The notes beneath the pieces are model-generated. The model was given only the letters and a program-made list of their open reading frames with translations. It was not told where the DNA came from and searched no databases. Positions 23,680 through 35,424 of a DNA stretch of 35,424 nucleotides are shown one piece after another; positions within the stretch are counted from its first letter, which is position 1, and each line of letters starts with the position of its first letter. The position numbers were made by a program, and so were the translations under genes. The stretch lies in contig LXFE01000188.1 of the NCBI GenBank assembly GCA_001929475.1, positions 1-35,424 on the forward strand. Direction: 5' to 3'. This DNA comes from Neolecta irregularis DAH-3 (lineage: Eukaryota).

Positions 23680-24618
23680 ATTTGTGAATTTAGCAGTACG
23701 GCATAGATTTATTGGCTTTTCTTTACATTAATTAGTATAAAGCGTTATTGCATTTTTTGGAAATATTTTCTAAATTCTATTTGACAATATAAATCGTCTC
23801 TAGATGACAAGCATTTCTGTCTTTCAGTTGATAAAGCCCAGCCATGATGCAAAATCAGAGCAATTGAATGAAAAATAAAAATTCCTTTCATGAAGCGAAC
23901 ATAGCTATATAGCAAGTATGAGCTACTGAAGTGGTATTACATTCAGGAGTGGCAAGGTCCACGAAATCACTGAAAATAAGGAGCAGCATAAAGGAAGTAC
24001 AGTGAAATTTCACATTTCAAAAAATTCTTTCCATTTACTAGGACAAAGAGCGACTACTCAAATCAAAGTATCAAAGCAAATATCGGGTTTGAAGAAAGAA
24101 CCCCTTCCAATTTTAGGCAGGTCATGATTATTCTCTCCTCTAAACTCACCGTCCTTCAAAGTGGCCAAATTTCACGATCTTGTGCGAATAACATATAAAC
24201 CGGAATTGGGGTTTTAGTGAATCCGATGGCGACAGTTTACGAATAAGATCAACCTAAGTATGCTCTTCGTCCGGACTTGTCCGAATTGCTTTTACAGTAT
24301 TTTTCAGCCGTCCAATTTCTCTAAGCCCAATGGGTGCTTCTTTTGACGGATGAGACACATATGTCTCAATCAAATAGCCGGACATGCGAACTATGCGGAG
24401 ATCGTTGCTCTCATACTGTCTTTCATGTAAGAGACCTTGAATGTGTGGTTTGAACCATTCCTTGAAGGTGAAATAAATCATTTGGAGGTAGGATCGGTGT
24501 CGGATGCAAACGTTGTCTCATTTGATTATGTCGATGTCTTAGACATTCCTTGTCCCTCTCATCAAGAATGTGCTCGCAAGTGTTACTAACCTACGCAATG
24601 CCATCATGTCATAGAATC

Positions 24619-26171
24619 ATGTTATCAGTGTCAACTTTACTACTTTTTGTCGCTTCATGTTGTGCTATCGAAATAGACCCGTCTTCAAAGAGTATGATCA
24701 AGATCTGCTATTCGAGACTAAAATGTCAGCTTCACTCGCCAATACGGCACAAAGAGTCGGTGAACGGATGTGGGAATGGTATCATGGAGACTTGCCTGGT
24801 CATATCCCTGGCCGTTTTGAGGGCGGTAATACGCACTGGTGGCAGGTTGGTGCGATGTTTGGCGTATTTATTTTTCCTATGCAAGCCGAATTGATTTATT
24901 TTGCAGGCACTCATCGATTATCGAAAATATACTGGCGATACGCGTTATGATGAGTCTATTATTCGTGGAACAGTTCACCAGGCTGGAGAGAACTGGAATC
25001 TTTTTCCCGCAAATCAGTCAACAGCAGCAGGAAACGATGATATCGTGTTTTGGGCATTCTCCGTTCTTAGTGCTGCTGAATCAAATTTTCCTAATCCACC
25101 ACCGCATCAGCCTCAATATATCGGGTTGGCAAAAGCTGTGTTTCATGATATGATCAATCTTTGGCATACCGAAACTTGCGGAGGTGGTCTTCGCTGGCAA
25201 CGGAATATCCTGCACGAGGGTTTCAAGTACAAAAATAGTATCTCAAATGGTGGATTTTTCCAAATCGCTGCAAGGTTGGCGAGGTATACTGGAGATCCAT
25301 TTTATGCCATGTGGGCAGAGAAGATTTATGACTGGTCGGTGAAAATCGGCTTTGTGGATGAAAAGAATTGGTGGGTTTATGATGGCGCTCCTGGCGATCC
25401 TGATCATTGTACGAACATCAATAAGCGACTTTGGAGTTACAACGCCGCTGTGTATCTGGGAGGAGCGGCGTTCATGTATTCATACGTACCATGTCTTACC
25501 CTCTACAAAATCTAACCCTCACAGACTCGGGGCTCACCTATCTGGGAAAGAAGAGTCAATGGATTCGTCGACTCGTCATTATCCGTGTTCTTCGAGAATG
25601 GTGTAATCGACGAATATACCTGCTGGATCGCAACTATCCCATGCAATATTGACCAAGTCACGTTCAAAGGCTATCTTGCACGGTTCCTGTCGTATACGGC
25701 ACACCTAGTACCACAAACCGCAGATCGAATATACCCCGCTCTTGCTACATCTGCAATCGCGGCAGGGAAAGCTTGCCCTGAATATTGCGGATTCGACTGG
25801 CGCGAAGGAAAATATGATGGAAAGAGAGGAGTTCAGGAACAACTTGCGGCTCTGGAGGTTATCCAAGCAAACATGATGAAGTTTCAACCAATCGATCTGA
25901 TTGATGACCAGACTGATAATCAATCTGAAAAGAGCTCTGCCGGTGGAATAATACATGGAGGTGGAAGTATTGCCACTGAACTTACGGGTGGGACTTCAAG
26001 AGATGGACGAGCCCCGGCTATAGAGATCCCTGGGTTCAGAGCCGTTACAAAGGCAGATCAATTCGGAGCTGGCTTTTCAACTTGTATATTTGTTGCTTCA
26101 GTAATTGGTACCCTTGTCTCGCAGTGATGAAGTTTACCTGTCTAGGTTTCAGCCTTTTGATCGTGGTGTAA
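24619..26171 (+). CDS. GH76 mannan endo-1,6-alpha-mannosidase, DFG5/DCW1 family (likely GPI-anchored)
   Basis: Signal peptide; WWQVGAMFG, GNDD catalytic motif, CGGGLRWQ, YKNSISNGGFFQIAARLARYTG, WSYN, FKGYLAR; hydrophobic C-terminus after intron 26108-26145. Confidence 0.93.
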
Positions 26172-26739
26172 TTTTAGGATGTTTTGCTGAGCATCTCTAG
26201 CTAAATTCAGCTTGAATCACTGGCCTTTCTAATTATTGCTTTCGACACTATACTATAAAATAAGAGATATCAGACGCGATTGATAGAATAGATTTGTAAA
26301 ATTCCAGACTCGAATAACCATTGTAAATTGCGGTGTGTTTACTACTGCGACCTTGTTTCACGGGTGTATGACGAAGTATAAAAAGGTGCCCATTCTCGAG
26401 TACTCAGTGTGACTTTTTTCAATAACAATTCATATTTTGCCTCGATACTGATTAGACTCTATAAATGAAATACAGCATCAGTGATGGGTAAGATATTTCT
26501 CCGTATCCATGATTTTGATGGCAATATTGTCAATGCTCCCAGAGGAATAAAGTAAATAGGTGGACGCTGCTCTACGCTCATCTGGAAAGGTTTGAACTTT
26601 TGATTTTATCGAGAAACTGTTTGATGCCGCGAATTATAATCAACGAAAGGATATTATAAGGTAAAGGAAACCCCGAAGAAGTATAACAAGTGGAACGTAG
26701 ATGACCTCCAAACACCGTGATTTCTCCTCGAAGTCAGAC

Positions 26740-28895
26740 CTATACTCCAGCCAAGCCTTCGTAAACCAGTTTTCTCACATCCCAGAATTTTCTGCGTCCT
26801 CCGACACCTTCAATTACCACGCGTCCTTGGTCTTCTTTCCTCACAATGACTTCTCCATCAGCGATGATAGTGCCGTCACCGCTAAATTCAGCTTGGAAGC
26901 CATCTGATAAGAGTCCCCTTCGTAAGACAGGAAGTCGAACGTCGCCTACGAACATTGCTGGACCAGATGCATTGATGGGCGATTGCTGAAGTACCGGAGG
27001 TTGTGATGAAAGGGATAAGATTGCTGATAACGGAGATATTGAGAATTGTTCAAACTGTGAATTAGTCAAGTTGACTAATAACCTATACCCTCTGCCAATT
27101 GACCAGGATATTATCATCAAGATTCACCGACCAGGAAGTTATCTCTCCACTGACATCTACAGTTTGGCCGTCCAAAGGTCTGAAAACATCCCTCAATCCG
27201 TCCACTTCAAGAGCATCTATTTCCTCTCGGCTGGCACGACAAAGAATCTATCGTTGGGATTAACAAAACTACAATTAGACAGACTTATACCAGTTTCCTT
27301 GGATTTACCATTGGCAAAATCATCTTGAGACTCCGTTCATCATGTATCCCCTCAAAATCCACCATTGCTATTCGTAACCTCAAGTCAACACTGGATGTCT
27401 CTAAAACAAGCTTCACAGGCACCTCTTGAACTTCTTCCCATTTCCTTTTTTCGCCTTGCTTGAATTTAATAGCTGTTGAAGTTTCTTCGATTTCATGACG
27501 AACAAACTCTTCAGAGCGGATAATTTCTCCATAATCATCGAATCTTCGTCTTTTTTCAAGGTATGGAAATTTCAAAGGCCCTGCAGAACGATGCTTGTCA
27601 AAGGACTTGGAAAACTCACCTAGAGGATTGAGTAATTCCTCGTCTTCATCCTCTGATTCAGAGTCTGCTTCGAGAATTTCGAGATTGCGTTGCTCAAGGA
27701 GTTGGGTTTCAAGTAAAAGACGTTTTCTTTCCGCTTCAGCTTGTTGGTGGACTGCTAATTCGGCACCTGTTAATGGGACACGGCGGGTGAACTTGAGATC
27801 AGCGGGGTCAGTAGGTTTTATACTGTGATTTGTTTGGTTGTATTTGCCTGTATCGGTGTCTCAGATAATTGAATACCGTAATCTGTATCTTGGGAACGGG
27901 AAATAAGGAGTAGAAGGTTCTTTGGATCAGGTGAGAGGCTATGGAGAACATCGGCTGATAGGTCTGAGATATCTTCGAGGGTTGCAATGACGACTTTGTT
28001 TCCTTTGATTTCATCAAGAGAACTCAAATCCGACACAGCGTTGATGTTCCTGGTCGTCAGCATTGTCATTTCTTTTATTGATACTTGAATTCTAGATCCT
28101 CTGGATTGACATCTTTCATATATTCTAGCATACTCTTCGCATATGCCAGAACTCGGCTCCCATTCTTACTTAGAAAGACAACTGGGAATTTTCTCTCGCT
28201 CTTATCCAAAAAGAACAGCAATTCAAGTAACCGTGTGCCCGGGTCGATAGGTATAAGAACATCTCCGCCAGCCTCAATTGTAGAATCTAAAAGTTCGAGA
28301 ATCGTTCTTTCTCGTCCTCGGCGAGGTGGTAGAATTATTCTCGAATTACGGGCATCAGTGATGAGCACGCCGGGCCGCTTCAGGTGTTCTGGTATAATCC
28401 CATCGACATAGAGACCACAGGCAGGGAGCAGAGATTCTTTCGAGTGATTCCAGTTGATTGCAATAATTGCAGATTCATGTTCCTTAGTAAGATGCCATAT
28501 GGATCCGCCGAGGGAATGTCCAGCGGAATATGCAGTAATTGAAATACCTCAATGTTATTGAGCCTCACATTGGACGTACCATTGAATATTGTGTTTTCAG
28601 CAAATTTAATATTTCTGATATCATCAAACACAGAATCCACAAGATTTGCGGGTATATTATGTTCCAGACACGTTATCCTTCCGAGATTAATGACCGGAAG
28701 CGTTGCGATAATTGTTGGTTTGGGGTTCGTTTGGGCATAAAACTCGGGGAGGGACAAGACATTGTTAGGATGAGTTAGTAATATTAAATGCGGTATCAGC
28801 TTGGCGGGTGGACTTTCGGCGCAATCAATCAGGATCTGAGTATTATCGAGATTCAGTAATGAAGTTCCCTGTGCAATTGGTGTAAAGGTCTGCAT
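26740..28895 (-). CDS. CFT2: Cleavage and polyadenylation specificity factor subunit 2 (CPSF100)
   Basis: ILIDC, YSAGHSLGGS, GGDVLIPID..TRLLEL, FDDYGEII, VDFEGIHDERSL, MFVGDVRL..GFQAEFSGDG; five short introns. Confidence 0.92.
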
Positions 28896-29091
28896 TTTGT
28901 CGTGGACGAAAAATGAAGGGTCAAATTCAGGAAAGACTGACTTGTGGTGGATTCCTCGGGATTAGAAAAAATCAACTTCATGAACTGAATCTTCACATAC
29001 CCTTCCTTATTTATCAAAAAGAAATACCATAGTCCATATGAAATATAAAGAATTGCCAGAGTATTGTAGACTATGTTCCATTCGTACTTGT

Positions 29092-29507
29092 TCAAATGGA
29101 ACAATGACACATAAAACTTGATGTATTGACAGGGGATCTATTGTTCCTCTCTTTTCGATATTTCACTTCGTTCTTTGTTGTGGTGTAGATAAAGATTCCA
29201 TGATCTTCTTTGCAAAGCTCGAAAGTCTTTTGGAATTCTATTAAATTAGTCCTCAAAATTTAACTGGTATCAGTGTCATCTGCATACCTCTATCAGGGAA
29301 ATTTGGTCAAAGAGCTATTTACCTGCCTCACTCGTCGGCCCAAAGCATAAATAACCAGGCAACTAGTATTTATTCTTTAACAAGCCATTCCTTGCAGGAT
29401 CGACATAATAAGAAGCGGGACAGCGGACTATGATTTAGAACTAAAATACAAGTGATTATTGAACAAGTGATATTAACTTGAGATTCAATACTAACTAACC
29501 ATGACAT
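29092..29507 (-). CDS. Candidate small single-TM protein (multi-exon, speculative)
   Basis: Introns 29428-29477 and 29363-29395 (GC-AG) give MSWLVSIESQSAVPLLIMSILCLVIYALGRRVRQ; 3' exons ambiguous. Confidence 0.25.
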
Positions 29508-29617
29508 GCCGTATTTATGAAAACACGTCATTCGTGAATCCAATTCATCTTTAGGACAAGAAAATCTTCTAATAAAACTGTTGTTCTCCCATTCCTTTTT
29601 TCATGGATATATAAAAT

Positions 29618-31513
29618 CTAGTTGGACTTTGTTGCCTTTGAAGCTCTCAGTTCCTTCCTTTTCTTCCTCAAATTTTCGGCCTAGAATGTGAGCAAAAATA
29701 ATAAAATAACAGCATTTTTACCGTCTCGTCTTTCTTTTGATTTGAATACTTCATCTTCTTGTACAATTTCTTCTGCTTATTACTCATCATAATATTCCTC
29801 AGATCTTCCTCTTCAACTTGTCGTTTTCGTTTTGGAGCTTCAACAGAGCCTTTGAAGTCACTGAACTTGATACCCTTGGCTTCTGCTTCTAGCTCTTGCT
29901 GTAATTCGGCTTCATCGTCGACTTCCTCTTCGTCTTCTTCTTGAGAGTCGTCGAGTTCAACCATTGGATCGTAACCTGACGGATCGATATGGACAAATGG
30001 AGAAAGGTGGGGTGCAAGTATTGCTCCAGGTGCATAGTCTGCCGTCGGGAGGAGTTTACCTTGATTTATACTATCTACCACCCACTGTGGTTGGACATAA
30101 CTTCGGCCCGGATATCTTTTAGCGAGGACAGCACGATCGACTATTTGATGGGTTATAGTTTCCGAATCTTCGGTCATTGGTGAACCGCCACCCAAAATTG
30201 GATCCCACGATAGACGAGCTCCGAATGCAAGAAGCGGAAATTCAAGCGTATGGCGGGGTACTTCCCGCGAAAGAAAAATTGTGAGATGCTTGAACAAAAT
30301 CACGGATGTTGGCTGCTGAGGAGCAGCCAGTGCTGTATCTTCAGCGGTCAATGGTTCAAAAATATCAAGTTGAACATCTTCTGGTTCTTCATTTATCTGT
30401 TCAATTGCATTAGCATCGATAGGCTCTTGCGTGGAATTCAAGGATTTTAATTTTTCACCAAGTGTTTTGAGTTGCTTGGATGTATCTTTTACATCATTCT
30501 ATGGCTTAGCAACACTTCTATGTTTTTCAATACCGATTGCGTCTCTTCTAAAAGGACATTTCCACCTGCCTTCTCAATTTGAAGTGCGTTTATCCCGGCA
30601 GCATCGTCGTCCCTCTTTTGATCGAGCTTGGGAGGATACACAAGGCCAATATCAGAGTACAATTTGAAATTGGTAAATCCGATAAATGTCTGATAGAATT
30701 CCAGAAATGTCAACATTATACGGAAATCGACATCTTGAGGGACCTTTTCTGTCAGAATATCGCAATATCGATTTCAACCTTTTGGCTGAATCTGTACGGT
30801 ACAATCCATGTAATATCTTGACCCATGATCTCTGCCTGGTAATAAACACCCTTGATGGACAGAAAAACCTTGCGGAGAGAAGTTGTGCGGATAATGTACT
30901 GCTGGAATTCGTTTGCTAGACGCTCGCAAAGAGCTATTATGGCAGCGGGTACTTGATCTGTTGTGGGAAGATATGCGAAAAGGAAAATCATCGTGAGTGC
31001 ATCGTCCAAGTCACGAAGAGCGTCCAGAAACGATGGATACCTATTATTTTGAGGAAAGCTTTTGAACCCAATATACCGTTCTCTAATGATATGGTCAAGT
31101 GTATATCTTGGCCGATTTTGATCAAGGCTTTTCGCTGTACCTATTTGTCCTTTGCCGAGAGCTTTGCTGAGCTTTCTTGCAAAGATTTTGTGCTCGCGGA
31201 ATTTATCGAGGACTGGTTCATGAAGCAAATATTGAATGTCTTTGTAATAATAGAAGGTCTTTGGCGCAGTGCTTCCTTTATTGGCCTTTTTTTTATTACG
31301 AGGTTCTCGAGGATATATCCCTTTCAAAATGCAAAGACGACTGAATTTATCAGATATATAAATGGTGACATAAACCGAAAATCGGCGAGCGTGACCTGAA
31401 GCTTTTTCAGCGCTTGGTTTCTGGTGACAAAATTTCTCGCAGCACCAGCTTTTCCTAGCTACATCAGACCATACTCAGGTGGTTTATCTGCCTTTTTCTT
31501 TGATTTTTCCCAT
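29618..31513 (-). CDS. NOP7: Pescadillo homolog (PeBoW complex, BRCT domain)
   Basis: [53 protein letters not shown] and [24 protein letters not shown]; six introns, the first GC-AG (31455-31491). Confidence 0.96.
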
Positions 31514-31634
31514 ATTTTGTCGAAATTGTGGTGTCGAGATATATAGATTAGATTTGAAATTTTCTCCGAGTGGAGCAGAGTTTCAGACACTGACCTCCAA
31601 AATCGCAATCTCAGCTCAGTGACGACATGTGGCC

Positions 31635-34600
31635 ATGGGCGTTCACGGACTTTGGAATGTCTTGGAACCGACAGCTAGACCAGTCCAACTAGAAACACTC
31701 GCAAAGAAGAGATTGGCTGTTGATGCGTCGATCTGGATTTATCAAGTTATTCTCCTCAACTGGACCAAATTAACCGAATCTAGTTCCTAAAGGCAGTTCG
31801 AGATAAGGAAGGAGTAGCGCTTCGAAATAGCCACATTGTTGGGTTTTTCCGTCGAATATGTAAGCTTTTATTCTTTGGAATCAAGCCTGTATTTGTATTT
31901 GATGGAGGTGCACCAGCACTTAAGCGCCAAACGATAAGCGGTCGAGCTGCCAGGCGCGAAGGTCGAAAGGAAGATGCGATTCGCACGGCTGGAAAGATTC
32001 TCGCCCTTCAAATGAGGCAGAAAGCAGAGGAGGAAGCGGAGAGAGTGCGACTTGGAATTCAGCCAAGTGAGCCGATCCCTGAGGACGCGGTTTATTTCAA
32101 TCAAATCCATCAACCTGTGCCAAAGAAGCAGAATCGTCACACTGACGACTATGATTTACCACCTCTTGCAGTTGGGTTCCAAGAAATCAGCGCTACAGAT
32201 GATTATCGTCTCATAAGCAAAGAAGATTTGAAGGAATATGCTCAACAGTTCGAATCTGGCAAGGATATCTCGCAATATGATCTTGGCAACATTCAATTTG
32301 ATTCAGAATTTTTTAAAAGCCTGCCGATTACCGATCAGTATACATTATTAAGCAACGCGCGGCTACGAAGTCGGTTAAGGATGGGTGTGAGCAAAGAGCA
32401 TCTTGAGGGACGTTTTCCGAACCGTCTCGAGTTCTCGAAATTCCAGATAGAAAGACTCTCATTCCGGAACGAGTTAACCCAACGGCTTATGAACATGAAT
32501 GGCATGAACGATCTTGGAGCTGTTCGAATTGCCTCAGAGCGAGGAAGAGCATACATGCTCGTGAAAAATCAAAGTGTTGAAGGCGGATGGAGCCTTGGTT
32601 TATCTGCAGCAGGAAAGTCAAAGGACAACACCATCATCCTTGATCATGAAGACGAAGAAGATCCCGACCAAGAATTTGAAGATGTCGAGATCCCTGCCAT
32701 CGGTAAAGAATCCTCACCTGAGGACCAAGGAAAATATGATTCCACCAATATTCCAAATGATTACTTACGACAGATAATCGAAAATTCTCGTAGATCAGTG
32801 GCCCAATCGAAGACAATACTTCGGAAAGACGTTCCACTTTTCAATATTACGGATGATGAGAATGATGATAAATCAGACGATCGAGCCCTGAAATTGGCTC
32901 TTGAAATCAGCAAATACGAGACTTCACAGAAACTTTCGGTAAAAGATGAGCGTCATTATAGATCCATTACTCTCTCTCTGGCCGACCAAACTGGGTAACA
33001 TGCCAAGATTCAATATATTTACTGGTAGAACTAAAGGAAATGGAATGCAATGCGCTACTACACCTGAATTAGGGCTAAAAATAAATGAAGACGATCAAAA
33101 AATTGGGCTACAAAGGTCCATCGCCGAGTCTCAAGAAAAACAGCAGCCATTTTCCCTTGATATGGATGACGACTTGGGTCCTGAGTCTTCAGGGTACATT
33201 CGCTCTTCAGCTCCGCTCTGATGGATAGAGCCACAGCTAAATCCTCCGGGTTTCCCCAAAATTACTCCCCAGTGATATCTAAAACCGAAGTTGACCATAT
33301 CCATTTTGATTCGAGGTCTTTGACCTCTTGTTTTTATCTAATATTAGTTCAAGATTATTTCCGGGTCAGAAATCACCACCGCCATTGTCCACCGGTACAA
33401 CGCTGTCATACCTCCCTTCTCTGGACCTAGGACAGTCGTTCCTGAAAAAGAAGACAATGATATCCGAGAAGCCTCGCTCTGTTCTTTCTCTAGCAATTAG
33501 TGATGCAGAAATCGGGTCTTTTGATTTTGAATTTGGATCCAATAAAATGGAAGCTGGCTCAAATAGTACTTCCGAGAATATCCCAGCCGAACATGACGAT
33601 CATATGGAGGAAGATATCAATGCTTCTGCCCTAGAATCTCAGCAAACGCTATCTGTTTTCTCTCGTGTTGAACGAAAGCAGGGTTCGCCTGAGGGAGTTC
33701 ATTCCGAAAATGAATTATCTAGTATTCGGAACAACCAGTCTTCAAAAATACACAATCTCGAACATCCCTTAAATTTAGATTTATGGCAAGTTAGCGAGGA
33801 TTACGAAGATGTAGAGTTTGAAGACGTCGACTTAAATAAACTCAACGAGGATAGAGATAGTACGGCTCTATCGTCTTCCATGACTCTAAACAAAGATGTT
33901 TCCACGCCGGATAATTCACCTCTACGTGTTGTAGATCAGTCGATTCCAAAAGAAGTAATCAGTTCTGAAAGTGGGGAGAAAGTGCACCTCTCGGAAATCT
34001 CGAGTAAATCACATGCAGAACCTGTTGGTCCCGCTGTAAATGATTCCAGCCAAATCCATAATGGAAATGAAATTAATTCCGATGATGATGAAGACCTTGC
34101 TCTCTTAGCTCAAATGGAAGCCGAAGACAAAGAACACGATCGCTTCGTGGCATCCCTTAGTTCGAAGCCAGATCCCAGTCCACAGCAATATCTTGCGAAA
34201 CAACAGGAATACGAAAGAGAAATTCATTCACTTCGAAATCAGCAGAAGAAAGATCGTCGTGACGCAGACGAAGTAACTCAAGTCATGATAAGGGAATGTC
34301 AAGAACTCCTTACATTGTTCGGATTACCTTACATCACTGCACCGATGGAAGCAGAAGCTCAATGCGCAGCGCTTGTTGATCTTGGCCTTGTAGATGGAGT
34401 TGTTACCGATGATTCTGACGTTTTCTTATTTGGTGGAACGAGAGTTTATAAGAATATGTTCAACCAAACCAAATTTGTCGAGTGTTATTTGTCACAAGAT
34501 CTCGAACGGGAGTTCAAACTTGATCGAAACAAATTAATTCGATTGGCTCATTTGTTAGGAAGTGATTATACTGAAGGATTATCAACAGTTGGTCCTGTTA

Positions 34601-35177
34601 CTGCTCTTGAGTTACTGAATGAATTTCAAGGCGAAGATGGACTTTTAGAATTTAAAAAATGGTGGATGAAGATGTCACGAGGAGAATATGATCCGCCAGA
34701 GGAACTCACCGAGTTTCGAAAGCAGTTTGTATGTTTTGATTATCATAGGAGGAATGCTGATCGTAACAGAAGAAGAAGGTTGGAAAAATTGATCTACCAC
34801 CCTCCTTTCCAAACCCTCAAGTTGATGAAGCTTACCTGAAACCAGAAGTAGATACTTCACCTGAAGTATTTCAGTGGGGAATGCCGGACCTGGACGGATT
34901 GCGGAAATTTATGATCAGTACAATCGGATGGAGTCAAGAGCATACTGATGAGATTCTGGTTCCTATCATCAAGGACATGAATCAAAAGCAGGCCAAAGGG
35001 ACACAAGCGAACCTAACTGATTTCTTTGGCGGTAGTACTGGTGCCGGAGCTTTTGCACCACGAAGAGTCAAGGAAGTCAGGAGTAAACGATTGCGTAGAG
35101 CCTTGGAAGGATTTAAAGAGTTTGGAGAAAGCTCAACTGAAGAACAACCAAAGAAAAGACGCAGAAAAAGAAAATAA
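31635..35177 (+). CDS. RAD2: XPG/Rad2 (rad13) nucleotide-excision-repair endonuclease
   Basis: [61 protein letters not shown]-box QANLTDFF, basic C-terminal NLS; five short introns. Confidence 0.96.
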
Positions 35178-35424
35178 CGAAACTGGACCTGGTCTCCAAG
35201 TGCAACAGGAAGGAAATGATCAGACGATACGCCAGCTGTTCTAAAGTCTGAGGATGGTAATACCGACGAGCTATTGTAGATACATCAATCACAACCTTGA
35301 TCAATGTTTAGAAGCATTAGTTTCTCATTTCAAAAGTTCGGGAAACTGATGGAGGTGACAAATAAGTTTGCCAGGGGCTATTTTTGGAAATTTCTTAATT
35401 AGATAGGGATCATGCAACTTTTAG

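Noticed and set aside
24254-24481. 75-aa minus-strand ORF as a transposase relic
   Set aside because: No DDE or other diagnostic motif, and no TIRs seen.
31514-31634. RRPE/PAC-like motifs in the NOP7-RAD2 spacer
   Set aside because: Only partial matches (TGAAATTTTC, CTCAGCTCAG); too weak to call.
32946-33430. Apparent frameshifts in the RAD2 spacer (pseudogene or recoding)
   Set aside because: Three ordinary short GT-AG introns restore the frame.

Overview
Gene-dense fungal DNA with many very short (about 32-50 nt) spliceosomal introns. The style suggests an early-diverging ascomycete (Taphrinomycotina, Neolecta-like); that assignment is inference. Conserved genes reconstructed by hand across introns: HRD1, a Sam37/metaxin-like gene, a short-chain dehydrogenase, LYS12, a YjbQ/UPF0047 protein, a BolA protein, RPC53, an amino-acid permease, a GH76 DFG5/DCW1 protein, CFT2, NOP7 and RAD2/XPG, plus an intron-containing tRNA-Gly(GCC). 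A repeat or transposon remnant occupies the first ~480 bp. Between 10.7 and 18.4 kb lies a patch of orphan genes: two paralogous coiled-coil proteins with a C-terminal J-domain-like module (one keeps HPD, one has lost it), a single-CCCH-finger coiled-coil protein, another coiled-coil orphan and a 7-TM orphan. Splice signals are unusually relaxed: two required GC-AG introns share the donor AAG|GCAGAT, AAG and GAG acceptors occur, and one required intron has no AG acceptor. All coordinates and exon structures were derived by eye; no searches were run.
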